NCBI GenBank assembly: GCA_963845755.1
Contig: CAWJTV010000036.1
Coordinates: 288,001 to 352,000 of the forward strand
DNA length: 64,000 nucleotides
Source of the DNA: an uncultured Planctomycetota bacterium
GTDB lineage: Bacteria > Planctomycetota > Planctomycetia > Isosphaerales > Isosphaeraceae
Direction: 5' to 3'
Shown here: in pieces, positions 1 through 11,807 of the stretch
Layout of the letters: each line of letters starts with the position of its first letter
Position numbering within the stretch: position 1 is the first letter of the stretch
Notes under the pieces: model-generated
Databases searched by the model: none
What the model was told of the DNA's origin: nothing
What the model saw: only the letters and a program-made list of their open reading frames with translations
Translations under genes and position numbers: made by a program

Positions 1-647
1 TGGTCGATCTTGGCGGAATCGACGTCGAAGAGGACCCGGTACAGCAGGCCCTGCACCTTACTCACCGGCTGGACCAGCTCGATGATCAACGGACCGAGCA
101 TGGCGGTACGCGGGCCCGTCGACCCGGGCCTGATGTCGTGCGGTACATCGCTGGCCTGGCCGTTCGTGACGGTCACGCATCGAGCACCTCGGCGATCGAG
201 TCGATCGAGCCAGGCGACCGCCACGATGTGCATGACCCGGATGCTGGACGGAGCCGGGACGGTGCCCGGGGGCCAACCCAGGAGGTTGTCTTGCCAGGTG
301 TAGATCTCCATCTCCAGGGACAGGGAGTAGCCCCAGTCCGCGCAGACCTTCCCTTTCCTCCTGATTTCAATGTTGCCGTCCTCGAGGCACGAGAATGGCA
401 GCTCCACCTTGAAAGGAAACGTCACCTGATCAAATACATCCAACCGCGGTACCTGAAGATCGATGTCCAACGACAGGCTCACCGAGCCGCTGAGAGATAT
501 CGGGACCAGGAGGGTCACCGGCTTGAAGAAATCGAGCGGGTAGGAGCCGCGCGGCATCAGCGTCCCTTTCTCGGGGTTCGCCGAGGCTGTCAGCCGAAGG
601 TGGGACCCACCTCCCCAAGGGTTGACATCTACTTCTTGGACCGCCAT
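1..647 (-). CDS. Hypothetical protein, probably with a C-terminal OmpA-like domain (runs off the left edge)
   Basis: Not in the ORF track because it has no stop in the window. My translation from ATG 647 is open to the edge: MAVQEVDVNPWGG...LYRVLFDVDSAKID. The last residues resemble the start of an OmpA_C domain. Confidence 0.5.
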   Translation of the reverse strand, partial: MAVQEVDVNPWGGGSHLRLTASANPEKGTLMPRGSYPLDFFKPVTLLVPISLSGSVSLSLDIDLQVPRLDVFDQVTFPFKVELPFSCLEDGNIEIRRKGKVCADWGYSLSLEMEIYTWQDNLLGWPPGTVPAPSSIRVMHIVAVAWLDRLDRRGARCVTVTNGQASDVPHDIRPGSTGPRTAMLGPLIIELVQPVSKVQGLLYRVLFDVDSAKID

Positions 648-1035
648 GTTCGGTACCTCCTTCGACCGTGGAAGCACACCCTCTGACAGCGCCCACCCCC
701 CGTGCAGGGGCCTTCGCGGGCATCTGGCCTGCCCGGCTCACACTGCGATGAGCTGTGAAGTTAATCAGCAACCTTGTCTCGGAACCGATAGTACTCGGAG
801 ACTTTTCACCGAGGGAGTATGAATGCCGATGTCAGATCCCCGTCCCCGTGATCGGGATGGGGCGACGTCTCTTCGTGTGTGACCTCGGTGGCGCTTCGAA
901 GCGGCCACCCCACCCGCGGTCGCCACAGGTCGTCGAGATTCTTGATTGTGTCCGGCAGGAGGACCGTGGGGTCATCCGGCTGAAGGGCGCCACCGTCGCA
1001 TTAATGCAAGCTGATGTGGTACAGAAAGCTGCCGA

Positions 1036-1218
1036 TCATCCTACCAGGACATACTTCGTCTCGTGGTTCGCCGGGATCTTCAATCTGAAGAGCTGCTTGT
1101 CCCAAAATCCATACTCCTGACGCTTCATCGACTTGATCTTGGTGTTCGTTGCCTCCGTCGGGCCATTCGTGATCATCGCGTCGTAGTACGCCAAGCAGAG
1201 TCTACTGCCGTGCGCCAC
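1036..1218 (-). mobile_element. ISL3-family transposase C-terminal remnant
   Basis: ITNGPTEATNTKIKSMKRQEYGFWDKQLFRLKI...HETKYVLVG resembles the ISL3 C-terminus (TNxxxEgxNnkIKxxKRxayGf). The rest of the transposase is absent. Confidence 0.8.
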
Positions 1219-1290
1219 CAGTGTCTACGCCGCCCGTTTCAGAATCTGTTCAGGCAAACGGCCGGACCATCGCCGCACTTCAGCAAAGCG

Positions 1291-2291
1291 TCACCGTCCC
1301 GGTGGCCTGCGGGGGATGGTCCACCAAATGGCGTCGAAGGCCGCGCGGGCGTCGTCGTCAAAGGACAGTTCGGCGCGGCCAGCGTCGCGTCGAGCTGATC
1401 GGGCCGGCTGGCGCCGACGATCGCCGAGGTGACCCCCGGCTGCTGGAGCACCCAGGCGACGCTGGCCGTGGCCAGGTCCCAACCGCGACGCTGGCAATAG
1501 TCTTTCAGCGTCGTCACGCCCTCGAACTGCGCGGTATGCCAGTACCGCTCGCGATAGAGCTCGCCCGAGGCGCCGAGGGTGAACCGCGTCCCGGGTGTGG
1601 GAGGTGCCTCGGCCGAGTGCTTGCCGGTGAGGAAGCCGCCGGCCAGCGGGTTGTACACGATCACGCCGACTCCCTGGTCGCGGCAGAGCGGCAGCAGTTC
1701 GGTCTCGATCTCGCGGTAGAGGACGTTGTAACGCGGCTGGACGCAGTCATATCGCGCCCAGCCGAACTGCCCGCTCGTCCCGATCGCCATCGCGAGCTGC
1801 CAGGCCGCGTAGTTGGAACAGCCGACGTAGCGGACCTTGCCCGATCGGACCAGGTCGTCGAAGGCGCGCAGGGTCTCGTCGATCGGAGTCTCCAGATCAT
1901 ACGAGTGCGATTGATAGAGGTCGATGGTATCGGTCCGCAGCCGGCGGAGGCTGGCCTCGCAGGCCGCGAGGATGTGCCGGCGCGACAAGCCCTGATCGTT
2001 GACTCCCGGCCCGACTCGAGCCCGGCACTTGGTCGCCAGCACGAGCCGGTCGCGACGTCCCGGCGCGGCGGCGAACCAACGGCCGATCACCTCTTCGGTC
2101 CGCCCGGCCGTCGACAGGTCGGGCGGGATCGGGTAGACGTCCGCCGTGTCGAAAAACGTCACGCCCCGCTCGACTGCGTCGTCCATGATCCGGAACGAGA
2201 TCGCCTCGTCGCACTGGCCGGCGAAGGTCATCGTCCCCAGGCAGATCTCCGACACCTTCAGGCCGGTGCGGCCCATCCGACGCTGCTGCAT
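1291..2291 (-). CDS. Aldo/keto reductase (frameshift near 1380)
   Basis: Motifs GLKVSEICLGTMTF, FFDTADVY, LATKC, DLYQSH, GKVRYVGCSN and PLAGGFLTGK. The natural C-terminus (ELSFDDDARAAFDAIWWTIPRRPPGR) lies in the frame ending at 1291. Confidence 0.92.
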
Positions 2292-2343
2292 GATCTTCTC
2301 CGTCGTCGATCGTCATTTAAATTTGATAATTATTATGTGGTCA

Positions 2344-5300
2344 TTATTGCGAAACGACGTCGGCCGCGCGGAATTCGACATGGGCCTTGTCGGTCTGACC
2401 GAGCTTCGCGTAGGCTTCGCCCCGGCGTTTGCAGAGCCAGGGATCGCCGGGCGCCGGCTTGCCGGTGATCAGCTCGATCGCCTCGCGTTTCAGCACGAGG
2501 AAGTCGCTGCGCTGGAACCAGTCCTGGATATCGGGCCATTTCTCGATGACCCGCCAATCGATGCGTCCGATCGCGTCGAGTCGGCGCCGGGACTCATCGG
2601 CCTGCCCCAGCCTGTTGTGGGCCATGGCCAGCACGGCTGCGTTGATCGCGACCAGCGGGCCATCATCGCCCTTCGGCAATTCCGCGAGCGATTCCTGTGC
2701 TCGTCGGATCGCCTCCCGAAAGCGCCCGGCTCGGTACTCGGCCAGGCCGAGGCGGAATCGGTTCTCCGGCCCACGGTGGCCCGCGGCCACGGCCGCCTCG
2801 GCCAGTGAGACCAGCCTGGTGGCGTCCGGTATGCTGCCTGGCACCAGGGCACACCATCGGGCCACGGCGCTGGCGTAGAGGGGCTCGAGGTTCCGGGGGT
2901 CGTCCTGCATCCCCGTGCAGACCGCCCTGAGACCGTCGCGATCGCCGGTGATGGCCAGGAGGCTCGCGCGATAGCCGGCCATCAGGATGTCCTTCGACCC
3001 GCGCCCGGCCGCCCGCGCCAGCGCCGTGTTGGCCTCGTCCCACAGGGCGGCCTCGGCGTAGGAGTGGCCGACGGTCGTCTCCAGCTCGATCAGGACCTCG
3101 GCGAGGACCGGGTCGTCCGGGCGCCCGTTGAGGTCGGATTCCAGGCCCTGACGAATCTCATCCCATGACCGGATCGCAGCATCCAATCGGTTGGTCCGCC
3201 ATTGGAGCCGGGCGATCGTGGTGCGAGTTGCGGCCAGGTCGGCGCGATAGCGGACGTCCTCGGGATGATCGCGGACCAGTGCCTCCCGCGTGGCCAGGAC
3301 CCGGCCGAGCGTGGACTTGGCCTCCTCGAAGCGCCCGAGCTCGAGCTGGGCGATCCCGATGGCGTGTTCGCCGGACGCCATCTCACTCCGCCGCGGATCT
3401 GGTCCACCGACGAACTGGTCCTCCGATCGGCCCTGTGCGACCGTCGGCGCTTCAGCGCGGGCGCGGGCTTCGCGTCGGGCGCGGGGGGCGTGGGGAACTG
3501 GGCGGTGGCCTGCCCCGAAGCGGCCGCCTCCGCCTGGGCCAGCAGCGGCCGGAAGTCGTCGCGGTCTCGCAACGCGGCGAACTCCTCGCCGATGCGGAGC
3601 ACTTCGACATTCTTGAACCCCGCCGCGATCGCACGGCGGAGCGCGGCGACGGCCGCGTCGGCATGGCGATGGCACTCGGCCCGCTCCGCCGCGCCGGGCG
3701 GCGACGGCCCGTCAACCGCCGGCCGGGCGCACAGGGCCAGCAGGCCGGCGAACTGGAACCAATCCTCCGCGCTCTCCCGGGGGAGGGACTCCTCCAGCTT
3801 GCGGGACGCTCGGTAGATGCGCACTGCCTCGGCCGTCCGACCCTGGTAGCGGAGCATGCCGCCGAGGTTGTGATGGTCCACGATCAGCTCACGTTTCAGG
3901 TTGGGGACCGCCGGGTTCTCGCGCGCAGGCGCTGGCTGACTGCCATCGCTTCGCGGCAAGCCCCCACCGCTTCATCCAGATGGCCGAGCTGGCGCTCGAC
4001 GACGGCGATGTTGCGCAGCGCGGTGGTGAGCCACTTGCCGTTCCGGATGTCCTGGGGGGCCCGCGTGTAGGCGATCCGGCTGTGCTCGGCCGATCGTCGG
4101 AAGATCCGCAATCGGACGAGGACGTCGAGGCTGGTCCGATGCAGCAGGGCGCCGAGGTTATTCAGGGTGGAGGCCAGTGCGATGTGGGTCGAGGGATCCT
4201 CGGGGTGTGCTTCTACCATCGCCTGACGGAGGGCGAAGGCCCGCTCCTGGTCCCGCAGGCTCTCCGCGAACCGATCGCCCCGGTCGTGCAGGAAGCTGAC
4301 GAGGTCATAAGCATTGGCCAACTCGCTCATATAGACGGTATTGGCCGGCTCGGCTCGTGCGAGCGTCTCCCAGAGAGAGATGGCCCGTTCGACGTGGGGG
4401 AGGGCCGCGTCGGAAGGCATCCGCGCGACGCCCAATTGGAAGCAAGACTGGGCCAGGCCATCCCGAAGGGCGCGATCGTCAGGCCGGTCGCGCGCGGCCG
4501 CCTCGTGGAGGGCCAGCGCCTGTTCCAGGGCCGCTCGGGACGGGGCGTCCTCGCCCAGGTCACGGAGGATCCGGCCCAGTCGGAGCTGGGCATCGGCCAG
4601 GCCGATCTTGAGGGCCGGGTCGTCCCCGCGCTGGCGGACGAAATCCTGGTAGTAGGCCAGCGCCGCGGTGAGCAGGTCGCGACGGAGCGGCTGGAGACCC
4701 GGCACGCTGGAGAGCTGGCTCTCACTGACCCGGGTCAGCAGCTCATCCACCGCCGCGCGGGCCTTGGTGAGATTGGTCTCCGCTCGACCGCGCTGGCGCT
4801 CGGCCTCCACCTGGTTCGATTCGGCATCGAGCCGCCGCCGTTCCGAGAGGACGCGCAGGTCGTCGGCGCGACGGCGCTGGACCTCGGCGCGTGCGCCACA
4901 ACAGGGTCATCCCGCCACAGCCGATCGCCAGGAACAGGAACAGCGCGGCGAGCGAGCCGGCCAGGGCCGGGTTGCGCCGGCTCCATCGCCAGAGGCGTTC
5001 CACGCCCCCGGTGCGCCGCGCCAGGATCGGCCGGTCGGACAGGAACCGCCTCAAGTCTTCGGCCATATGTTCCGCCGATCCGTACCGCTGCGCCGGCTCC
5101 TTGGCGATCGCCTTCAGCACGATCGTCTCCAGGTCGCGGGGGATGTCGGGATCGATCTTGTATGGGGCGATCGGCGACTCGTGCGCAACGACCTTGAGCA
5201 ACCTCGCCCGGTTCGGCTCGTCGAACAGCGGCCGGAGCGTGAGTAGCTCATAGAGGGTCGCTCCCAACGAGTAGACATCACTTCTCGGGTCGGACCAGCC

Positions 5301-6365
5301 CTCGAATCGCTCCGGCGCCATGTAGCGCAGGGTCCCCACCACGTCGCCCGAATCGGTCAGCGCATCGGCACCCTCGCCCTTGGCCAGGCCGAAGTCGGTC
5401 ACCCAGACCGTGCCGTCGGCGTCCAGCAGGAGGTTCGACGGCTTGATGTCGCGATGAAGGATCCCCTGCGAATGGGCATAGGCCAGCGCCTCGGCCACAT
5501 CCAGTCCGACGCGAGCTACCGAGCGATAATACGGGGCTCGCCTCGGGCTTTCCGTCGCCTGGAGTCCAGGCCCGGCCGGGAGGCTCTCGCCACCCAGACC
5601 GGCCACCCGATCCGCAATCACGCTGGCCTCGATCCGGGGGCCCTCCTCAGCACCGGCTTCCCCATGCCTCGTGACGTCGGGAAACGGCGCGGTGGCCACT
5701 CCGGCGGCGGCCTCCAAGGTGATCGTGACGGCCCCGGTTGCTTCGGCGCGGAGCTTCGAGAAGACCGCGTCCAGCCCGCGACCCTGAATGAACTGCATGG
5801 CATAATAGTGGACGCCGGCCTGCTCGCCGACGGCGAAGACCGGCACGATATGGGTATGGTGAAGCCGTGCCGCGGCGCGCGCCTCGAAGAGGAAGCGTTG
5901 CAGTTGGGGCGAGCCGGTCAGGCCCTGCCGGAGCAGGACCTTCAGCGCGACGTGCCGGCCGAGCGAGATCTGCTCGGCCTCGTAAACTACGCCCATCCCG
6001 CCTCGGCCCAGCTCGCGGATGATCCGGAAGTCCCCCAACTGAGCCGAAGACGGTGACTCTCCGGCCGGGCCCGGCGGTGCCGTAACGGTCCCAAGGTGGC
6101 TGGCCAGCGATTCGTCGGCTACAGCGATCTCCTCGATCATCGCCATGGCCGGGAAGACGTCGCGGATCTGATCGGCCAGCGCTGGATACCGCTCAAGGTA
6201 TTCGCGCAACGTCGGCCGCTCGCCGCGGCGATGCCGTTCGAGGAACTCCTCGGCCAGCGCGAGCACCCGCGCCGCTCGCGTTTCCGACCCTGATTCCGGT
6301 TCCAGCATGGGCCTGCTCTCCTCGACGACCCAACAACCCGATCGGTTGCGATCGGTCAGGGGCAT
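2344..6365 (-). CDS. Hanks-type Ser/Thr protein kinase with transmembrane helix and C-terminal TPR-like repeats (about 3 frameshifts)
   Basis: Kinase motifs LGRGGMGVVY, VALK, HRDIKPSN, DFGLA and GTLRYMAPE, followed by a hydrophobic segment. Helical repeats continue in ORFs 3896..4810, 3090..3959 and 2344..3675. Confidence 0.9.
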
Positions 6366-6386
6366 TCACGATCGGGCGGACGGCCC

Positions 6387-7046
6387 TCAATTCTCGTGAG
6401 AGCCGGTATTCCACGGGAGGATCTCTCTCAGCCGCTTGACGGCCGTCAAGTAGCGCATGCCCACAGAGGTCTCCGAAAGCCCGAGCACCTGGGCGATCTC
6501 CCCGAAGCTGAGCCGCTCGAAATGCTTCAGGGCCAGGACTTCGCGGTCGATCGGCTCCATGCTGTTGAGCGCCTCTTGAAGATAGAGTCGCGTCTCGGCC
6601 CGATCGGCCGACCGGGATGCAACCTTCGTGCCCAGGAGCTGGGCCGCCAGCGTTCCGGCATCCGCGACGGGCAGACCGCCGCCGTGCAGCGTCAGCTCGC
6701 CCGCGCCCCCGGGTCCCTGGTCGTCCTGACCGAGGAAGCGGCGGTGCAGATCGACCAGCTTCTGACAGACCATCTGACGAAGCCAAAGGAATAACGGCAA
6801 AACCGGACCCTGGAGATACTCGTCCAGCCGCCGGGCCGCCTCGTCGAACACCTCTCGCACCACGTCGGATTCGTTCAACCGCCCCTGAAGCGGCCGGCTC
6901 AATCGCAGGCGCACCACCCTCTTGAGCCGCTCGCGATAAACCGCAAACAGCGCACTCGCCGCCTCCGGGTCGCCCCCCGCGGCACGCTCGATCAGCCCAT
7001 TGGCCTCCCTCGTCTCTTCGGTCTTCATATCTTCGTTATTATCCAT
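6387..7046 (-). CDS. ECF sigma-70 factor, planctomycete type
   Basis: YRERLKRVVRLRL...SDVVRE and WLRQM (region 2); DREVLALKHFERLSFGEIAQVLG (region 4). Lies immediately upstream of the kinase. Start set at ATG 7046. Confidence 0.9.
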   Translation of the reverse strand: MDNNEDMKTEETREANGLIERAAGGDPEAASALFAVYRERLKRVVRLRLSRPLQGRLNESDVVREVFDEAARRLDEYLQGPVLPLFLWLRQMVCQKLVDLHRRFLGQDDQGPGGAGELTLHGGGLPVADAGTLAAQLLGTKVASRSADRAETRLYLQEALNSMEPIDREVLALKHFERLSFGEIAQVLGLSETSVGMRYLTAVKRLREILPWNTGSHEN

Positions 7047-7656
7047 GCGGAACGTTCCGCGATCACCACCCTGGTCCTCGGTTCTTGCGTTTTCCCAGCG
7101 CGACGCTCGAACGTTCTCGCCGCTCATCACCCCTCGACCGGGAGCGGGCTGGCATACCGGCGATGGATCGCCCGGGCGCCTCGAAACGATCCGCAACGCC
7201 CCAACGGGGATTCGACCGATCCTCGGGGGGACGTCACCGCGCGACGATCCCGACAGGAGGTGGCATTTTCTGGCACCTTTTTGGCAGGGCGCCATCCTCG
7301 ATCTCTTGGATGGGAAACGGGTTGCGGCGAACCCGTGAATCGGTAGGAGCAGTCGGGTAGTCGTGGTTTTGAGTGATCTCGCGAGCCCCATATTCTTTAG
7401 GATGCCGCAACTTTTTAAAAATGTTAATGCACCTATCTCGGTTTTTGGGGTCCGATCCTCCCGAACTCTTGATGACATCAGCAGATAGGAAATTTCAAAA
7501 TTTTTTTGAGCCTGTGGATTAGCGGCTCGGATTTCCGGACTCGGGACTATCCTTTCGGGAAGGACTGGCGATAACGTGTTTTCGCGGACACGCATCTCCT
7601 TGGTTTGCCAGCAATCTTCCCCCTCGGGTGGGGCTCCGACTCTCAGGAATCGACCG

Positions 7657-10600
7657 ATGTACCGGATCTCTCTCGCCTTTGGCCTTTGCGGTTTGCTGTT
7701 TACAGGCCTGACAACGCGGCTTGGCGCCCAGCCAAACCCGACGGATGAGCTCGCCGCGTCTCGACAGGCCGGGCTCAACGGCGGCGATCCAGCACATGGG
7801 AAGATCCTGTTCGAGTCGGAAGCCGTGGGTTGCAAGAAGTGCCATCTCTTGAAGGGCGACGAGCGTCGCGCGGGACCCGACCTGGGGGTCATCGGCGACA
7901 AGTACGGGCGAGAGCAACTGATCCAGTCAGTGCTGGAACCGAATGCCACGATCCACCCCGATTACGGCACGATCGTCGCCACGACGAAGGACGGCAAGGT
8001 GCACACGGGTGTCCTGTGCAAACGGACCGACGGGGAACTTCAGTTACTCGACGCGGAGGGCAAACTGGTGCGATTGCCACGCGCTGAGATCGACCAGGAG
8101 CAGCGGATTGGCACGTCCTTGATGCCCGCTGGACTGCACAAGACCTTGAAGGCCGAGCAGTTCGCGGACCTGATCGCGTATCTCGAGACGTTGAAGCAAC
8201 CCGAAGGCGAGTTGCAGTTCGCCGGCATGCCGAGTGCGATTCCCTGGGTCGAAAAACCGATCCAGCTCGTGCCGATGCACAAGGACGAGCTGCGGTTCGA
8301 CCATCCGGTCTGGATCCTCGCGATACCGGGGAGCCGGAACGCGTTTCTCGTCGTCGAACAGAAGACGCGAAAGATCTGGCGTTTCGAGCTGGGCGAGCGC
8401 GAGCCGCGAAAGGAACTGTTCGCCGACTTCAGCAACGAAGCGAGTACCGGTGAATTCGAGGGCGTGGTGTGTATCGCGTTTCATCCGCGGTTCCTCGAAA
8501 ACCGTAAGTACTACGTGAACTACCACGTCCGCAATCAAGGCAGTTTCTTCTCGCCGGTGATCGTCGAGCGGCAGGCGACGTCCGACCTGAGGCGCGACGC
8601 GGGCGTCCCCTCCCGGCGATTGTTGCAGATCCCTCAGGACACGGATCTGCACTGGGGCGGCATGCTGGCGTTTGGCCCGGACGGGTTTCTGTACATTGGC
8701 GCCGGCGACGCCGGCCCGCAGGAAGACCCCGAAGGTCACAGCCAGGACCTGAGTCGGTTGACCGGAAACATCCTGCGGATCGACGTTGACCGCCAGGAGG
8801 GTGGCAAGCCGTACGCGATTCCCCAGTCGAATCCGTATCGAACGGCCGCCCCCCCTGCCCGTCCGGAGATCTGGGCATCCGGCTTTCGCATGCCGTGGCG
8901 CTTCAGCTTCGATCCGGTCACGGACGATCTGTGGGTCGGCGACGTCGGCCAGAACCTGTTCGAAGAAGTCGCGATCGCCCGCTGCGGCGAGAACCACGGC
9001 TGGAATGTCTACGAGGGCTTCACGAAGTTCTCGGATCGATACCGCGCGCGGGCGCGACGTACACGCCGCCCGTGATGACCTATCGCCGCAAGTACGGTGT
9101 TTCGGTGACGGGGGGTTACGTTTATCGGGGAAAGCGCAACGCGTCGTATTGTGGCACCTACATCTTCGGAGATTTCGAGTCGAAGCGGATCTGGGCGTTG
9201 ACGCAATCCGATCGCCAGTTGACCAAGGTTCGACAGATCGGCGAGTCTCCACAGAGAATCGCCTCGTTCGGCGTCGATTCCGATGGCGAGTTGTTAATGG
9301 TCGGCTACGAGGGGACGATCTTCCGGCTATTGCTCGAGGAATCCGACTTTAACGCGGATCGCCGATGGAAGGCTCACGTGAGGCTGCGTCGCAACAATGC
9401 CCCGGCCGCCGCTCGCGTCAGCATCGTCGGGAGCGACAACAAACCGTACGGGCCGGTTCACGCCGCGATCCGCAAGACGAAGCGTGACGAGTCGTACTTC
9501 TACGCGGAGGATTGCTTCGACGTGGAGCTGCCACCGGGACGAGTGCGGCTGAATGTCAGCGGCGGCATCGAGAGCATCCCGCAGACGGTCACCGTCGATT
9601 CCGAGACCACCACCGAGGTGACGGTGCCCCTGCAACACTGGATCGACATGGCGGCCCGCGGCTGGTACTCGGGCGATTCGCACGTGCACCTTCACACGGG
9701 CGGCCCGATCGCGGTGTCGGTTGCCAATGCGCTGGTCGCGGCCCGGGCGGAGGGCGTCAACTATGTCAACCTCTGCGTGTCGAACAGTGTCGGCGATGAC
9801 ATCCGCGATGCGGAGCTGATCACCGGCCGGCCGCACGCCGTTTCGACGGATCGGCACCTCCTCATCTTCGGCGAGGAGATGCGGAGCACGATCTACGGAC
9901 ACATGCAGTTCTTCGGCATTAACCGACTGGTCGAACCGCAGTATACGGGCTTCGACGGGACGCCGAACCACCTCGACTTCCCCGCGAACCACGTCATGGC
10001 CACGGAGGCAGTCCGCCAGGGAGGTATCGTGACGTACGGCCACCCCATCTTTCCCGGCCAGCCGTATCCGTTCGATAAGGACCCGGCGAAACCCACGGCC
10101 GCGGCGCGGGAGCTGCCGATCGATGCCGTACTCGGCGTGGTGCATGCTGTCGATCTGATGTCGTACAACTGCGATAAGGATCTCTCGGCCGGACTGTGGT
10201 ATCGCCTGCTGAATTGCGGGCTGAAGCTCTCGGCGTGTGTCGGCACCGACGCGCTGCTGGACCAATCGACTCAACCAATGGGCGGCGATCGGGTCTATGT
10301 GAAGACGGACGGTCCCCTGACGATGCAAAGCTGGCTCGACGGGCTAAAGGCCGGCCGGAGTTTCGTCACCAACGGCCCCATCCCGACTCTTGAAGTGAAT
10401 GGCAAAGGTCCCGGCGAGACGTGCGAACTGCCGGCCGCGGCCAACGTCCGCGTGGCCGTGACGGTGGACAGCTACGTGCCGTTCAATAAGGTCGACGTGA
10501 TCGTGAACGGCAAGGTGGCTGACTCACGACGACATCGCCGCGGGTGATCCGGCCGGGCTCCAGGTCCGACACCTCGTCATCGAGTTGCCGATCGAGGCGC

Positions 10601-10873
10601 AGTAGTTGGGTCGCCCTGCGGGTACGCGGTCCCGACCATCCCCTCGTCTTCGACGGGCCGGTCTGGGCTCACACGAGTCCGGTCTACGTCAAGGTCGCCG
10701 GCCAGAGCATCGCCAGTCGGCAGGATGCCGCGTTCTTCGTCGACTGGATCGAGCAGATGTTGCGAGTCGTCGCGGCCCGCAACCGATACGCCCGCCTCGA
10801 GGACCGGCGGCAGGTCGAGACGCTGTTTCGGAGGGCGCAGGACGAGTTCCGTAGGATGGTGGACGCAAACTAG
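7657..10873 (+). CDS. Secreted fusion: c-type heme domain + GSDH/PQQ-type beta-propeller + CehA/McbA-like PHP metallohydrolase (frameshifts near 9050 and 10530-10570)
   Basis: Signal peptide; CKKCH then GPDL and SLMP; HWGGMLAFGPDGFLYIGAGD and GFRMPWRFSFD; GWYSGDSHVH, GEE...GH, GTDA and GRSFVTNGP; AHTSPVYV in the last fragment. Confidence 0.8.
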
Positions 10874-11085
10874 CTGCGTCCCCGTTTCCCGTTCCCGAAG
10901 GCGTCTTCCACGAGCCGGTAAGCTCCCTCATTCCCCCTGGCGAACGAATGAAGCGGGATCATCATCCCGGCATTTACCAGTTCACGGTAGGCCGGGCGTG
11001 TTTCGTCGGTGACCTCCACCCACTCGCCGGACAAGCGGCAACGGAGTAAGCCCATGGCTGCCTCGGACAGGGCAATCGTTTGCAT
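10870..11085 (-). CDS. Small hypothetical protein
   Basis: 71-aa ORF with a GGGAGG-like RBS and protein-like composition. Confidence 0.55.
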   Translation of the reverse strand: MQTIALSEAAMGLLRCRLSGEWVEVTDETRPAYRELVNAGMMIPLHSFARGNEGAYRLVEDAFGNGKRGRS

Positions 11086-11172
11086 GGCGGTTCCCTCCCG
11101 TCGGCATTTTACCGACCCTCTAGGTCAGGCGGAATCCGAATCGTCCCACGCCCATCAGGTTAAAGCACGCTA

Positions 11173-11272
11173 CGTCCCCGCTTTTGCTTCAGTTAAGCCC
11201 GTCCCCGTTTTTGCGTTCGTCCCCGTTTTTGCTTCGTCCCCGTTTTTGCGTTTTTGCCGTCCCGTTTTTGCC
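11173..11272. repeat. Cluster of 5 direct copies of cgtccc(c)g(c/t)ttttgc
   Basis: Copies at about 11173, 11200, 11218, 11235 and 11258, separated by short irregular linkers. Confidence 0.85.
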
Positions 11273-11321
11273 GTCGTGGAGACCGACTCAATCCCGGGGC
11301 GGCGGAATTCGAGCGAATCCT

Positions 11322-11807
11322 TCATCGCCTGACGAGAATCATCCGATCATAATAGGCCGCATACCAGGATCGGACTCGCATGAGGATGGAATCGAGACCC
11401 GCCCTGGTCGCCTTCTCGCAGGCGAATCGTTCATTCAGGATCAGAATGGGTGCTCCTTCAGAGACATCCGGCTCCATCCTCCAGGAGAAGACCCCTTCGT
11501 CAGTCTGCATCGAGAAGAGCAGGATCAGGACGGGGAATGGGTATTTCTTGCCCGTCTTCAATACCCGGGAGTGCGTATTCAGCCACTTCTCCGCCCATCG
11601 CTCACCCGTGATGGGTTCCGAGACACCTCCACTGATCACACCAAAGACCATTTCGGCGTCATCTTCATCAGCCAGGATCCGGCAGATCGCACCGAGACCA
11701 CCCATCTCCTCGAGAGAGATGACGTCCACGTTGTTGCGACCTGTTAGGAAGACCGTCGCGAGCGCTTGGGTGCGATGCTCGATCATGAGTGATGATGTTC
11801 TGCTCAT
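11322..11807 (-). CDS. DUF4365-like protein, apparently lacking catalytic residues
   Basis: Its ATG overlaps the upstream stop (ATGA at 11804-11807). The sequence RTQALATVFLT...FGV...FPVLILLFSMQTDEGVFSW has a DUF4365-like layout. Confidence 0.55.
   Translation of the reverse strand: MSRTSSLMIEHRTQALATVFLTGRNNVDVISLEEMGGLGAICRILADEDDAEMVFGVISGGVSEPITGERWAEKWLNTHSRVLKTGKKYPFPVLILLFSMQTDEGVFSWRMEPDVSEGAPILILNERFACEKATRAGLDSILMRVRSWYAAYYDRMILVRR

Noticed and set aside
6387..7949. 520-aa ECF with a long N-terminal extension (similar over-long starts in 51612..52763 and 14642..15775)
   Set aside because: The extension overlaps the divergent gene or repeats and looks non-coding. Downstream starts give normal-length proteins.
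11173..11272. CRISPR array (also considered for 19827-19965 and 53037-53196)
   Set aside because: The repeats are 7-15 nt with no unique spacers of regular length, and there are no cas genes.
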